Positions 48,129-57,896 of a stretch of DNA of 61,067 nt are shown piece by piece. Position 1 is the first letter of the stretch, and every line of letters begins with the position of its first letter. Origin of the DNA: a virus (Duplodnaviria; Caudoviricetes); IMG/VR virus record IMGVR_UViG_3300042907_000531, positions 1 to 61,067 of that record. One strand, 5' to 3'. The notes below the pieces were generated by a model. That model saw only the letters and a program-made list of their open reading frames with translations, made no database searches and was not told where the DNA came from. Made by a program: the position numbers and the translations under genes.

Positions 48129-48310
48129 AACGCGCCAACTTAGATGTAAGATTGTTAAAAGAACAGATTCAATTGTTAGAAGAGTCCTATCCCTATGGAT
48201 TGTTAGCGGATGAGAAAGCTAAAATAGACGGTCTGTTAGATTTCCTACATGAGATTGCTACAGGCGAGGTTGTCTGCTATCAGAAAGAACTTAATGGAAA
48301 CCTTGAATGA
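48125..48310 (+). CDS. Hypothetical protein
   Basis: ATGA-coupled. Confidence 0.5.
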   Translation: MKRANLDVRLLKEQIQLLEESYPYGLLADEKAKIDGLLDFLHEIATGEVVCYQKELNGNLE

Positions 48311-50024
48311 GTCAACCGTAGTTTCAAGAGATCGTTGTCCACGCTGCGCTGCTACTGGTGGCGATAATAGTGGAGATAATCTCGCCGTCTACAGTGACGG
48401 TCATGTACATTGTTATTGTTGTGGTTACCACAAAGGAAATAAAGTGACAGCAGAACCATTCGCTAATTTTAATAAAATTACAGGACAGTTTACGGATCTA
48501 TCTCATAGACGTATTGAAGAGAAGACATGTAGGCAATATGGTTATCAAATTGCACACGTAAATAATAATGACATTGAAATTGCTAATTATTTTTCTGGTG
48601 ATGGATCTCTAGTTGCACAGCATATTCGTGGACCAAATAAGCAATTCGCTTGGAAGGGTTCACCAAAGAATGTACAGTTGTTTGGTCAGCATCTTTGGAA
48701 GACTGCTGGCAAACGGCTTGTAATTACTGAGGGTGAGATTGATTGTATGACTGTGTGTCAACTTCTTGGTGGCACTTGGCCGGTAGTGTCTGTACCAAAC
48801 GGAGCACAGTCAGCTTTAAAGTCTATCAAAGATAACCTAGAATTCGTATCTTCATATCAAGAAGTCGTTTTGTGTTTTGATATGGATGATGCGGGACAAG
48901 ATGCAGCTAAGGCAATTAGTGAGATTCTATCACCCGGTAAGTGTAAGATTGCAAAGCTTCCACTTAAAGATGCCAATGAGTGTATCATTGCTAACCAAGG
49001 TAAGGCTGTTGTATCAGCTATCTGGGAAGCACAAATCTACAGCCCCGACGAAATTCTACACATCTCAAAGGTTATTGAGTCTACTGATACATTGAAGTGT
49101 CGGGTATATCCGTTTCCGTTTGATAAGCTATCTGAGTTTCTTATTGGGCAGCGATCAGGTGAGATTACTTTGTGGGCTTCTGGTACTGGATCTGGTAAGT
49201 CTACTATTCTTCGCGAGTTAATCTATCATCATCTTGAAGAAGGTCGATCAGTTGGAGCAATCATGTTAGAGGAATCTCCACAAGAGACGATGGATGATAT
49301 GATTTCTCTGATGATGAATAAACCAGTACGGGCTATCAATGCTGCTAAGATGATGAATGATTTACGTATTAGAATGGGTAAACAACCCATTGATATGGAG
49401 TTGCTTAGTAATGATTTTTCTTCTGATGAGTATCTAGAAGCTAAGAAAAAACTATCAGCAACTAATCTGTATATCTATGATCATCTCGGTAACAACGCAA
49501 TGTCAAATCTACTTGCTCGTATGGAGTATATGGCTGTCTCGCTCAAGGTAGATGTAATTGTGCTAGATCATATTACTGCAGCTGCTGCTGGTTTAATGGG
49601 TGCAGCAGATAAGGACATTGAGGGTGGTGGTTCTGAGCGTATTATTATTGATACACTTATGAAAGAGCTACGATCATTAGCTGTTCGAACTGGTGTTCAC
49701 GTTGACATTGTTTCTCAACTTAAGAAAACGGATAAAGCTTATGAAGAAGGCGATAGAATTACGTTGCAGGATCTTCGTGGTTCTGGTGCTCTTGCGTCTG
49801 TACCTAATACAGTCATCGCTCTTGAGCGTGATCGACAGAATCAAGATCAAACTCTAGCAAATACCACAATCATTCGTGTTCTTAAGAACCGTTTAACTGG
49901 TAGGTCTGGAATCTCTAGTGCTCTGTTTTATGACAGAACTAGCGGTCGTCTTAAGGAGATTGATTGGGCTACTAATGAAGATGGAGAGGTTGTATTTCAA
50001 CCTATTACCAATGGATCAGTTTGA
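48294..50024 (+). CDS. Primase-helicase (gp4-like)
   Basis: CPRC..HCYCC zinc finger, TEGEIDC and FDMDDAG TOPRIM motifs, SGTGSGKST, LDHI, DLRGSG and LKNR. Confidence 0.96.
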   Translation: METLNESTVVSRDRCPRCAATGGDNSGDNLAVYSDGHVHCYCCGYHKGNKVTAEPFANFNKITGQFTDLSHRRIEEKTCRQYGYQIAHVNNNDIEIANYFSGDGSLVAQHIRGPNKQFAWKGSPKNVQLFGQHLWKTAGKRLVITEGEIDCMTVCQLLGGTWPVVSVPNGAQSALKSIKDNLEFVSSYQEVVLCFDMDDAGQDAAKAISEILSPGKCKIAKLPLKDANECIIANQGKAVVSAIWEAQIYSPDEILHISKVIESTDTLKCRVYPFPFDKLSEFLIGQRSGEITLWASGTGSGKSTILRELIYHHLEEGRSVGAIMLEESPQETMDDMISLMMNKPVRAINAAKMMNDLRIRMGKQPIDMELLSNDFSSDEYLEAKKKLSATNLYIYDHLGNNAMSNLLARMEYMAVSLKVDVIVLDHITAAAAGLMGAADKDIEGGGSERIIIDTLMKELRSLAVRTGVHVDIVSQLKKTDKAYEEGDRITLQDLRGSGALASVPNTVIALERDRQNQDQTLANTTIIRVLKNRLTGRSGISSALFYDRTSGRLKEIDWATNEDGEVVFQPITNGSV

Positions 50025-50235
50025 TATCTGCCGCATAATGGCGTGGGATATGTATGCCTCCTCTATTCTTGGTATGTCTCTACATCCCGGCACTACGAGA
50101 GACGAAGCAAAGCCTAAAACAATGAAAGAGATTTGTAACCTAGCTGACGAAATGTTAGCGGAAAGAGATGGTAGATTCAATGCGTCTGGTGATCGACATC
50201 GAATCCAATGCACTTATGGAGTTGACTCTAGATAG
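50011..50235 (+). CDS. Hypothetical protein
   Basis: AWDMYASS..HPG..ADEMLAER. Confidence 0.55.
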   Translation: MDQFDICRIMAWDMYASSILGMSLHPGTTRDEAKPKTMKEICNLADEMLAERDGRFNASGDRHRIQCTYGVDSR

Positions 50236-51883
50236 TAAAGGCAACCCAGTCCGTGAGTGTACTAAGGTACACGTAGTTGTTACTAAGGATATTGATACAA
50301 ATGAAGTTAAGGTTTGGACTGAGTTTAAGGAACTCAACAATTATCTTAACAAGTCAACTATGCTCATTGGTCATAATCTATATGGGTTTGATCTCGAATG
50401 TCTTAAGCGTATGCTTGGATTCGGGGGATCTGCAAAGATCTATGACTCACTTATTGTTAGTAAGTTAATTCACCCAGACTTAACCAATCATCCACTTGGT
50501 GGTAATTCTCTTGAGAATTGGGGTAAATTTCTGGGTAATCAAAAGATTAACTATCAAGGTACATGGGAAGAGTTGACTGAAGACATGATTACATATTGTA
50601 TTCAGGACGTTCATGTAGCGCATGATATCTATAAGTACCAGCAGAAGTGGATTGCAGATCACAAGTACGAAAAGATTGTACAATTGGAATTCTTAGCCAA
50701 TGCTGTAATTGCACAACAGCAGTCAAACGGTTTTGGTTTCAATCTAAAGGCAGCAGAAAAGTTACAGCATGACTTGCTTATGTTCAAGGCTACTGTTGAA
50801 GATGAGATGCGTACTATTTTTCCAGATAAGATTACTCATCGTGTTTCTGAGAAGACTGGTAAAAGATTAAAGGATTTAATCGAACCATTTAATCCTGGAT
50901 CTAGAAAGCAGATTGCAGAAAGATTGTTTGATAAGTATAATTGGATTGCTCCTAAGACTGACAACGGTAATCCAAACGTTGATGCCACCATTCTTGGGCA
51001 ACTTGACTATCCAGAAGCAAAGAAACTAGTAGAGTATTTTGATGTGCAAAAATTAATGGGTCAGGTAGATGACTGGGTAACACGATCATCCTATAGTAGA
51101 GATAATCGCATTCATGGTTTTGTAAATGTACAGGGTGCAGCTACTGGTAGGTGTACACATTCACAACCAAATGTTGCTCAAGTATCTGGAGACCACCGTG
51201 CTAGGGAATTATGGATACCACACGATGGTGAGGTATTACTTGGATCTGATCTGAGTGGGTTAGAGTTACGTATGTTGGCCCACTATATGGCACCGTATGA
51301 TCGTGGTGCATATGCTGATGTAATCCTTAATGGTGATATTCATACACACAACCAACAAAAAGCTGGCTTACCTACTCGTAATAATGCAAAGACTTTTATC
51401 TATGGTTTCTTATATGGAGCTGGAGATGCTAAGGTTGGTAAAATTGTTGGTGGTTCTTCTAAGCAAGGTGCCTCACTAAAGGCTAAATTTCTTACAGAAT
51501 TACCAGCACTTGCTAAAGTTAAGCAGTCTGTAGACTTTCAAGTTGCTAAACGTAATGCCGTACAGTTAGTAGATGGTAGGTTTGCTCCAGTACGTAGCGC
51601 ACATGCTGCACTTAATACAATGCTTCAAGGTAGTGGTGCTGTTGTTTCTAAGTATTGGATGATCATCGCAAACAATAGATTACGAGATCGGTTTGGTACT
51701 AATATAGTAAAGCAACTTGCTTATGTGCATGACGAGTTACAGTTTTCCTGCCCTGCTAAACTCGCTGAAGAAGCCGGAAAGATTATCACAGACGCGGCAA
51801 TAGAAGCAGGAAAGCGTCTATCTATTCAAATGCCTATCAATGCGGAGTATAAAATTGGAACAAACTGGTCACAAACTCACTAA
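50180..51883 (+). CDS. DNA polymerase family A (gp5-like) with 3'-5' exonuclease
   Basis: DIESN, GHNLYGFD, YCIQDV, TGRCTH, DLSGLELR, KTFIYGFLYG and VHDELQ. Confidence 0.96.
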   Translation: MRLVIDIESNALMELTLDSKGNPVRECTKVHVVVTKDIDTNEVKVWTEFKELNNYLNKSTMLIGHNLYGFDLECLKRMLGFGGSAKIYDSLIVSKLIHPDLTNHPLGGNSLENWGKFLGNQKINYQGTWEELTEDMITYCIQDVHVAHDIYKYQQKWIADHKYEKIVQLEFLANAVIAQQQSNGFGFNLKAAEKLQHDLLMFKATVEDEMRTIFPDKITHRVSEKTGKRLKDLIEPFNPGSRKQIAERLFDKYNWIAPKTDNGNPNVDATILGQLDYPEAKKLVEYFDVQKLMGQVDDWVTRSSYSRDNRIHGFVNVQGAATGRCTHSQPNVAQVSGDHRARELWIPHDGEVLLGSDLSGLELRMLAHYMAPYDRGAYADVILNGDIHTHNQQKAGLPTRNNAKTFIYGFLYGAGDAKVGKIVGGSSKQGASLKAKFLTELPALAKVKQSVDFQVAKRNAVQLVDGRFAPVRSAHAALNTMLQGSGAVVSKYWMIIANNRLRDRFGTNIVKQLAYVHDELQFSCPAKLAEEAGKIITDAAIEAGKRLSIQMPINAEYKIGTNWSQTH

Positions 51884-52388
51884 AGTCTACATTGGTTTTT
51901 ATGATTTTCAGCGGTTACAGGGTAAGTATTTAGGATATATTGCTAAACTTATAGGTTATCGTGGTGTAACACATACTGGATTAATTTTAGAAACAGATAA
52001 AAGAGAATTCCATTTAGTACTTTGTAGCGGACAGAAAGAAAAAGATGGTAGCATATGTAGTACCTGTAAAACTTATGATCTTCAGGGTATTCAAAAAATT
52101 GGTGGAATACTATTAGATCGAGTAGAGATGCCGCTATCTAAGGATATGACACTCTATGATACAATTATGGATGCGTCATTTTATACTGACACAAATGCGT
52201 GGGATTTAATTTTCCACATTTTTATTGGTAGGTTTATTGGTCTTACTCGACCACGCAACTGTACCACACACGTCTGTCGGTTTTTTAAACTACCAGATTG
52301 TTTTTTACCAGCTCACCTTTACAGGAAATACTATGATAACCATCTTACTGTCAGGTCAAGCGCGAGTTGGAAAAACAACCGCTGCTGA
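51840..52388 (+). CDS. Hypothetical protein, possible permuted papain-like peptidase
   Basis: THTGLIL (His) precedes NCTTHV (Cys). Confidence 0.45.
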   Translation: MRSIKLEQTGHKLTKVYIGFYDFQRLQGKYLGYIAKLIGYRGVTHTGLILETDKREFHLVLCSGQKEKDGSICSTCKTYDLQGIQKIGGILLDRVEMPLSKDMTLYDTIMDASFYTDTNAWDLIFHIFIGRFIGLTRPRNCTTHVCRFFKLPDCFLPAHLYRKYYDNHLTVRSSASWKNNRC

Positions 52389-53034
52389 ATTCATTGCTTC
52401 ATACGCTAAGAAAAAAGATTTCAAGCCAATTATTTTACCATTTGCCAAGGCAATTAAAGATGAGGCAACTGCTCTTGGTTTATCAAAGGATACTGATCCA
52501 CATAAGTATCGTCAATTTTGCCAAGCTATTGGAGAGAAGAATAGAAAAGATGATCCAGATTATTGGTTAAACATTTTTAAGAAAACTTGGAAGGAAGCTA
52601 TTCTTAAGGATGATAAAGATTCTCAAGATGAGTCTAAGCTGTGGCGAGAAACAGTAATTATTGTTGATGATTGTAGATACCTAAATGAATTAAACTTTGG
52701 TAGAACAAGTGGAGCTATCTGTGTGTTTCTTAGTCGTGGACAGCGGGATCTTTTTGAGCAAACTGGTGAGTGGAGAAACCATGAATCAGAAGAGTTGGCG
52801 AATAAAACAGATAGTGGTGAAAAAGATTATGTTCAGATGTTTGATTGGATGATAAAGAATGATGGATCTATAAAGGATCTTCATGCTAAGTTACTAACAC
52901 GACTTCCATTGTGGCTTGGGTTAGATCCAACAGCTTATCTAGAATGTGATTGTAAAGGTTGTGAAAAGACCAAGCGTGATGAACCACTAAGTATAGATGA
53001 ATTCTTTGAAGATCTTTTTGGGGATGACGATTAA
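52333..53034 (+). CDS. Deoxynucleoside monophosphate kinase
   Basis: SGQARVGKTT P-loop, FAKAIK, RQFCQAIGE, DDCRYLNE and HESE. Confidence 0.85.
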   Translation: MITILLSGQARVGKTTAAEFIASYAKKKDFKPIILPFAKAIKDEATALGLSKDTDPHKYRQFCQAIGEKNRKDDPDYWLNIFKKTWKEAILKDDKDSQDESKLWRETVIIVDDCRYLNELNFGRTSGAICVFLSRGQRDLFEQTGEWRNHESEELANKTDSGEKDYVQMFDWMIKNDGSIKDLHAKLLTRLPLWLGLDPTAYLECDCKGCEKTKRDEPLSIDEFFEDLFGDDD

Positions 53035-53390
53035 TGCAATTAGATACAATTGCTATGATTGCGTGGCAAGATGGTGAATTTAAGGAAGCACCACAAGAGT
53101 GGTTTAGTGGTACGGAATTACTTATTCGTGGTTCATCTAGTGATTTAAATTGGTTGCGTGGTAAGTTCTATGACAATATAATTTCTAGTATTTCTAATTA
53201 TACTTTATATACTAATCTTAATAATAAAGCTGTTAATGAAATATCTCAAAAATTAAATGAGTATATGTCACGACACATCGTAAGTATTGAAGATAGGCCA
53301 TTCACTATTTCTATAGGCGAATTAAAGCAACTTAATAAATGGTTCAAAATTGCATCCGAGAAGGGTTGTTTTCTAAATGCTTGGTATTAA
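53034..53390 (+). CDS. Hypothetical protein
   Basis: TAATG-coupled. Confidence 0.6.
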   Translation: MQLDTIAMIAWQDGEFKEAPQEWFSGTELLIRGSSSDLNWLRGKFYDNIISSISNYTLYTNLNNKAVNEISQKLNEYMSRHIVSIEDRPFTISIGELKQLNKWFKIASEKGCFLNAWY

Positions 53391-54099
53391 CACAGCTATA
53401 CTAGATGGTGATATCATAGCCTATCGTGCTTCCTTCTGGGCTGACCAAGAGGGACATGAGTGGTTAGAGAATAGACTACAAGATGATATTAAACGGTGGA
53501 CCCCACCGGGAATTGAATCTGTTATTGTTGCCTTATCTTGTTCTCGTAAGGATAATATAAGAAAAGACTACTTACCTACTTATAAAGAGCATCGTGAAGG
53601 TAGGCCACGTCCAGATTGTTTGAGCGATGCTATACAGTTTTTACGGGATAACTATACCGTAGTAGCTGAAGATAGACTTGAAGCTGATGATCTTATGGGT
53701 ATCTATAAGTCTGATTTTAAGGCTATATGCGTAACAATAGATAAGGATCTTAAACAAGTTCCCGGATATTCTTGGCAACCACAGCTTGATAAAACGACTG
53801 AAGATCTAGGAATTGAATATACATCCGTAGCCGATGCTGACTTATGGTTTCACCGTCAGTGGATTACAGGAGATAGTACCGATAATATTCCCGGTATTTG
53901 GAAACTTGGACAGAAGAAAGCCGAAAAGCTACTAAACGAAACAAGTACAAAGAACCACACTGCTCTAGTTCTGAGCCTCTACGAACGTCGTAGAGACCGA
54001 AACGGAGATCCATATACCCTTGATGATGCCATAGCCATGGGACGCTGTGTTCGCATTCTAAGGGCTGGGGATAAGACCCCATGGAACCCATACGAGTAG
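53377..54099 (+). CDS. 5'-3' exonuclease (gp6-like)
   Basis: DGDIIAY, YKEHR, LEADDLMG, DKDLKQVPG and GDSTDNIPG. Confidence 0.92.
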   Translation: MLGINTAILDGDIIAYRASFWADQEGHEWLENRLQDDIKRWTPPGIESVIVALSCSRKDNIRKDYLPTYKEHREGRPRPDCLSDAIQFLRDNYTVVAEDRLEADDLMGIYKSDFKAICVTIDKDLKQVPGYSWQPQLDKTTEDLGIEYTSVADADLWFHRQWITGDSTDNIPGIWKLGQKKAEKLLNETSTKNHTALVLSLYERRRDRNGDPYTLDDAIAMGRCVRILRAGDKTPWNPYE

Positions 54100-54120
54100 T
54101 CCCTGATTTAGAGCTAGGAA
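54090..54120 (+). promoter_or_regulatory. Conserved bipartite motif, copy 3, upstream of dUTPase
   Basis: ATACGAGTAGTCCCTGA-tttaga-GCTAGGAA. Confidence 0.7.
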
Positions 54121-54126
54121 CAAGAT

Positions 54127-54639
54127 ATGGCAGACTATAACGCACAAACAACTACATTTGACAATCTAAATATCTTTACTTCAAGTAGTGCTACATATAC
54201 TAAGAACACAGATATTTTCTTAAAATCTGGGAAACACGGATACCCGAAGAGGGGTACACCAGAATCAGCTGGCTTTGATTTAAAAGCTGACCTAACGAAA
54301 ACTGTAACGATTCAACCAAATGAAACAGTTATGATTTCGACTGGACTTTATCTAGAACTTCCAGAAAACATCTGTGCTCTTATTTTACCACGCTCAGGGC
54401 TTTCATATAAGCATGGTATTACTGTAGCAAATGCACCGGGTCTCGTTGATCCAGATTATCGTGGGGAAATTAAAGTACTTCTTCGTAATGAAGGAAATAT
54501 CCAATACGTCGTTGAGGATGGAGACCGTATTGCACAACTTTTATTTACACCCTTTTTTGCACCATCCTTTGTAACTGTTGAGGAACTCAGTAACACCACC
54601 AGAAATGTTGGTGGCTTTGGCTCAACTAACCTAAAGTAA
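54127..54639 (+). CDS. dut: Trimeric dUTPase
   Basis: AGFDL, PRSGLS, GLVDPDYRGEI, RIAQL and RNVGGFGST. Confidence 0.95.
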   Translation: MADYNAQTTTFDNLNIFTSSSATYTKNTDIFLKSGKHGYPKRGTPESAGFDLKADLTKTVTIQPNETVMISTGLYLELPENICALILPRSGLSYKHGITVANAPGLVDPDYRGEIKVLLRNEGNIQYVVEDGDRIAQLLFTPFFAPSFVTVEELSNTTRNVGGFGSTNLK

Positions 54640-54641
54640 AC

Positions 54642-56522
54642 ATGAACACATTTGAGAATTTTATTGCCCTTAGTAGATACGCTAGATGGATTGAATCTGA
54701 ACAACGACGAGAAACATGGGAAGAAACTGTTGATCGTTGGTGGACTTACTTCACAACGAAAGAACCACAACTAGCAACAAGACCGGATATTAAACAAGCA
54801 GTATTAGATCGGGAAATCTTTCCATCTATGCGAGCTTTAATGACAGCTGGTCCAGCACTGGATAGAGACCATACAGCACTTTATAATTGTGCATATTTAG
54901 AGATAGATTCTTATGAATCGTTTTCTGAACTACAGTATATTCTTATGTGCGGAACAGGTGTTGGCTATAGTGTCGAACGACGATGTGTTGGAAAACTTCC
55001 TATTGTTCCAACAAGCATTGAACGTAAGGTTGATTCTGTAATTCAAGTCGAAGACTCAAGAGAAGGTTGGTGTAACGCACTAAAGGATCTTCTTGTCTAT
55101 CTTTATTCTGGTGTACATCCAACATGGAATACAGAATTAGTTCGTCCGGCTGGTGCGAGACTTAAGACATTTGGTGGTAGGGCTTCAGGGCCGGGACCAC
55201 TAGAAGCAGTATTTAAGTTTATCGTAAATACATTTTATAAGGCTAAGGGTAGACGTTTATCTAGCTTAGAATGCCACGATATTTGCTGTGTAATTGCACA
55301 GTCTGTTATTGTTGGTGGTGTTCGTCGCTCTGCTATGATCTCACTAAGCGATCTAGAGGATCGTGAGATGGCTGATTGTAAGAGTGGAAACTGGTGGCAG
55401 AATCATTCATACCGTGCTCTTGCTAATAACTCAGCAGTGTATGATCAAAAGCCAAGTCTTGGAAAATTCCTACAAGAGTGGTCATCACTTTATAATTCAT
55501 TCAGTGGTGAACGTGGTATTCTAAATCGCGAAGCACTTCAAAAGGTGTGCTCTAGAGTTGGTCGTGCTGTACCTGAGGGTATCTATCTAGGTACTAACCC
55601 ATGTTCAGAAATTATTCTACGACCGAACGAGTTTTGTAACCTATCAACAATTGTTATTAGGCCTAATGATACTAAGAACACCATTAAACTTAAGATTGAA
55701 CAGGCTACTATTATAGGTACAGTACAATCTAAGTTCACATATTTTCCATATCTCAGAAAAGAGTGGCAGAAAAACTGTGAAGAAGAACGGTTACTTGGTG
55801 TTAGTATGACTGGTGTTTTTGATAATCTTTTTACAGCTGGACAGACAAGTCCAATGGAACTAATTGGGTTTCTACAAGACATTAGAGAATCAAGCCAAAC
55901 AATTAATATTGAGTGGGCTAACAAATTAGATACAGAACCAAGTAAAGCTATTACGTGTGTTAAACCAGAGGGAACAACATCATGTCTTGCTGGTTGTTCT
56001 TCTGGTATTCATCCACCCTATGCTCCATATTATATTCGTCGTGTACGTCTTGATAAGAAAGACCCAATGTATTATCTTATGAAAGATCAGGGTGTTCCTG
56101 TTGAAGATTGTGTAAACAATCCAGACTCAACAGCTGTGTTTTCGTTTGCCATGAAGTCTTCACACGGCAGCAAAACAACACAAGATCTTGATGCACAAAC
56201 ACATCTTATTCTTTGGCGTATCTACGCAGATTACTACTGCGAACATAAGCCATCAGTAACTATTAACTATACTGATAACGAGTTTTTACAACTCGGATCT
56301 TCAGTATACGATCAATTTGATTATATCTCTGGTGTGTCATTTCTTCCTAAGGCAGAACACACTTATGAGCAAGCCCCATTCGAAGCAATTACTGAAGAAG
56401 AATATGATATTTTTCCTAAGGTTATTGTTGACTTCTCTCTTCTCAAGCAGTATGAGAAGGAAGATGGAACAAAGGCTTCACACGAACCAGCTTGTACTGC
56501 AGGGGGTTGCACACTTCTATGA
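54642..56522 (+). CDS. nrdJ: Class II (adenosylcobalamin-dependent) ribonucleotide reductase
   Basis: PSMRALMTAG, YNCAY, GGVRRSA, TNPCSEI, CNL, KPEGT, EHKPS and C-terminal CTAGGC; no nrdB gene present. Confidence 0.9.
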   Translation: MNTFENFIALSRYARWIESEQRRETWEETVDRWWTYFTTKEPQLATRPDIKQAVLDREIFPSMRALMTAGPALDRDHTALYNCAYLEIDSYESFSELQYILMCGTGVGYSVERRCVGKLPIVPTSIERKVDSVIQVEDSREGWCNALKDLLVYLYSGVHPTWNTELVRPAGARLKTFGGRASGPGPLEAVFKFIVNTFYKAKGRRLSSLECHDICCVIAQSVIVGGVRRSAMISLSDLEDREMADCKSGNWWQNHSYRALANNSAVYDQKPSLGKFLQEWSSLYNSFSGERGILNREALQKVCSRVGRAVPEGIYLGTNPCSEIILRPNEFCNLSTIVIRPNDTKNTIKLKIEQATIIGTVQSKFTYFPYLRKEWQKNCEEERLLGVSMTGVFDNLFTAGQTSPMELIGFLQDIRESSQTINIEWANKLDTEPSKAITCVKPEGTTSCLAGCSSGIHPPYAPYYIRRVRLDKKDPMYYLMKDQGVPVEDCVNNPDSTAVFSFAMKSSHGSKTTQDLDAQTHLILWRIYADYYCEHKPSVTINYTDNEFLQLGSSVYDQFDYISGVSFLPKAEHTYEQAPFEAITEEEYDIFPKVIVDFSLLKQYEKEDGTKASHEPACTAGGCTLL

Positions 56523-56734
56523 TTGAAGAGACACTAAAAACAAAATTAGAACGTAATCTTCCAATGTCTAGTGCTGAGTTTTCTAGATTAGCAAGACAAC
56601 TATATGATATGATTATCGTTCTAGAAAAGGACTTAAATGAAATCAAAGTATCCGTATCTAGACCCAGCGTGGATTCCACTATTGAGGGAATTGATCTCTT
56701 CGATAAACCATTACGATCCAAACCAAACAAGTGA
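56519..56734 (+). CDS. Hypothetical protein
   Basis: ATGA-coupled. Confidence 0.5.
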   Translation: MIEETLKTKLERNLPMSSAEFSRLARQLYDMIIVLEKDLNEIKVSVSRPSVDSTIEGIDLFDKPLRSKPNK

Positions 56735-56837
56735 ATACTTAGCTAGAACCTTAGCCTATCAAGCAGGAAAACTAGATATGTTATCAAAGTTAGAAGCTAT
56801 TGTACGAAAGCAACAGGAGGACAGTAAAAATGTATGA
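56637..56837 (+). CDS. Small protein (gp6.5-like by position)
   Basis: SD aagga; YP-LD...LAYQAGK. Confidence 0.5.
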   Translation: MKSKYPYLDPAWIPLLRELISSINHYDPNQTSEYLARTLAYQAGKLDMLSKLEAIVRKQQEDSKNV

Positions 56838-57555
56838 TCCTTTTGCGGTGTATAATCAAGCTATGGGAACATTCTTACAGGGTGGCAAGACCGACCTTGC
56901 TACCTTGTATTCAGAAACAGATAAGCTAAGAAAATCATCTTTTGTTGCTCCAGATACCACCCCTCTTATGAGCTTTTATAGAGATGTTATGGATCGGTAT
57001 CAAGAAAAGATGAATAAAGCTAAAGAAGTTGAGGAATCTCTTCGTGAAGATATTAACAAAAAATACACGAAGGAAGAAAAGCAGTATCTAAATACACTGA
57101 AGCGTCAATTTGCTGAAGATCAACTCACAGGTGGTAAACTTATTGATACTAGATCGCGACTTGAACAACAAAGAAAACTAGCAGAAGTATCGAATATACA
57201 AACGATTGAAGAATTTAGAAAACTTTATCCAACATACGCTGTAAGGGGTATAGGAAAACTTGGTTCTGAATATAGTTTACTATCTAATCTAGGTATAAGA
57301 AAAACGGCAGATGAAATATATAAAGACACTAACCGTAAAACGTGGGGCGAATACGCAGCCTCTTTAACAGATCTATCGGTGTTTGGATCTCAAGTAGAAT
57401 CAGCCAGTGCCTCACTTAAAGCTGAGAAATTAAAACTATCTAAAGAAAACGAACGCAAACAACGTGAGTTTATTGAAACAAAACAAAAACTTTTAGAAAG
57501 TGCCGAAGCAATTGGACGTGCCAAACGACCAGCTTATACTGAACGGCCACTATAA
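56830..57555 (+). CDS. Hypothetical coiled-coil protein
   Basis: SD aggagg. Confidence 0.65.
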   Translation: MYDPFAVYNQAMGTFLQGGKTDLATLYSETDKLRKSSFVAPDTTPLMSFYRDVMDRYQEKMNKAKEVEESLREDINKKYTKEEKQYLNTLKRQFAEDQLTGGKLIDTRSRLEQQRKLAEVSNIQTIEEFRKLYPTYAVRGIGKLGSEYSLLSNLGIRKTADEIYKDTNRKTWGEYAASLTDLSVFGSQVESASASLKAEKLKLSKENERKQREFIETKQKLLESAEAIGRAKRPAYTERPL

Positions 57556-57563
57556 GGAGTACC

Positions 57564-57896
57564 ATGGGCGGATCACCTAAAATTTCTGGTGGTATGACGA
57601 AATCAGAACAACAAGAGCTGTTAGAAGAAGAAAGACAATATCAAAAAGAACAAGAAGAACGCCGTCGTCTCATGGCAGAAGAAGATGAAAATAGACGGGT
57701 GGCTAGAGAAGAGGCAGAGAGACAAAGAGTTGCAGCTGCTGAGGCAGAAAAAATCGCATCGGCTAATAGAGCAGAACAAAACCTTATCGAAGAAGCTGAA
57801 AGTCTTGAAGATCAGGAAGATAAAGAACAAGGTGTTATGGCTCTTACGTTTTTTGAGGCACTTAATAAGGGTATAACTACCCAGAGGCCGATATGA
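57564..57896 (+). CDS. Small virion protein (gp6.7/7.3-like by position)
   Basis: MGGSPK start, charged helix, immediately before portal. Confidence 0.6.
   Translation: MGGSPKISGGMTKSEQQELLEEERQYQKEQEERRRLMAEEDENRRVAREEAERQRVAAAEAEKIASANRAEQNLIEEAESLEDQEDKEQGVMALTFFEALNKGITTQRPI

Noticed and set aside
34907-54120. CRISPR repeats for the 31-bp motif
   Set aside because: Copies are kilobases apart with a variable centre; no array and no cas genes
218-57830. Minus-strand ORFs in the track (for example 16812-17096, 27321-27797, 29829-30335)
   Set aside because: They are antisense shadows of well-supported + strand genes with no motifs; 16812-17096 is opposite the coupled Lys-rich ORFs
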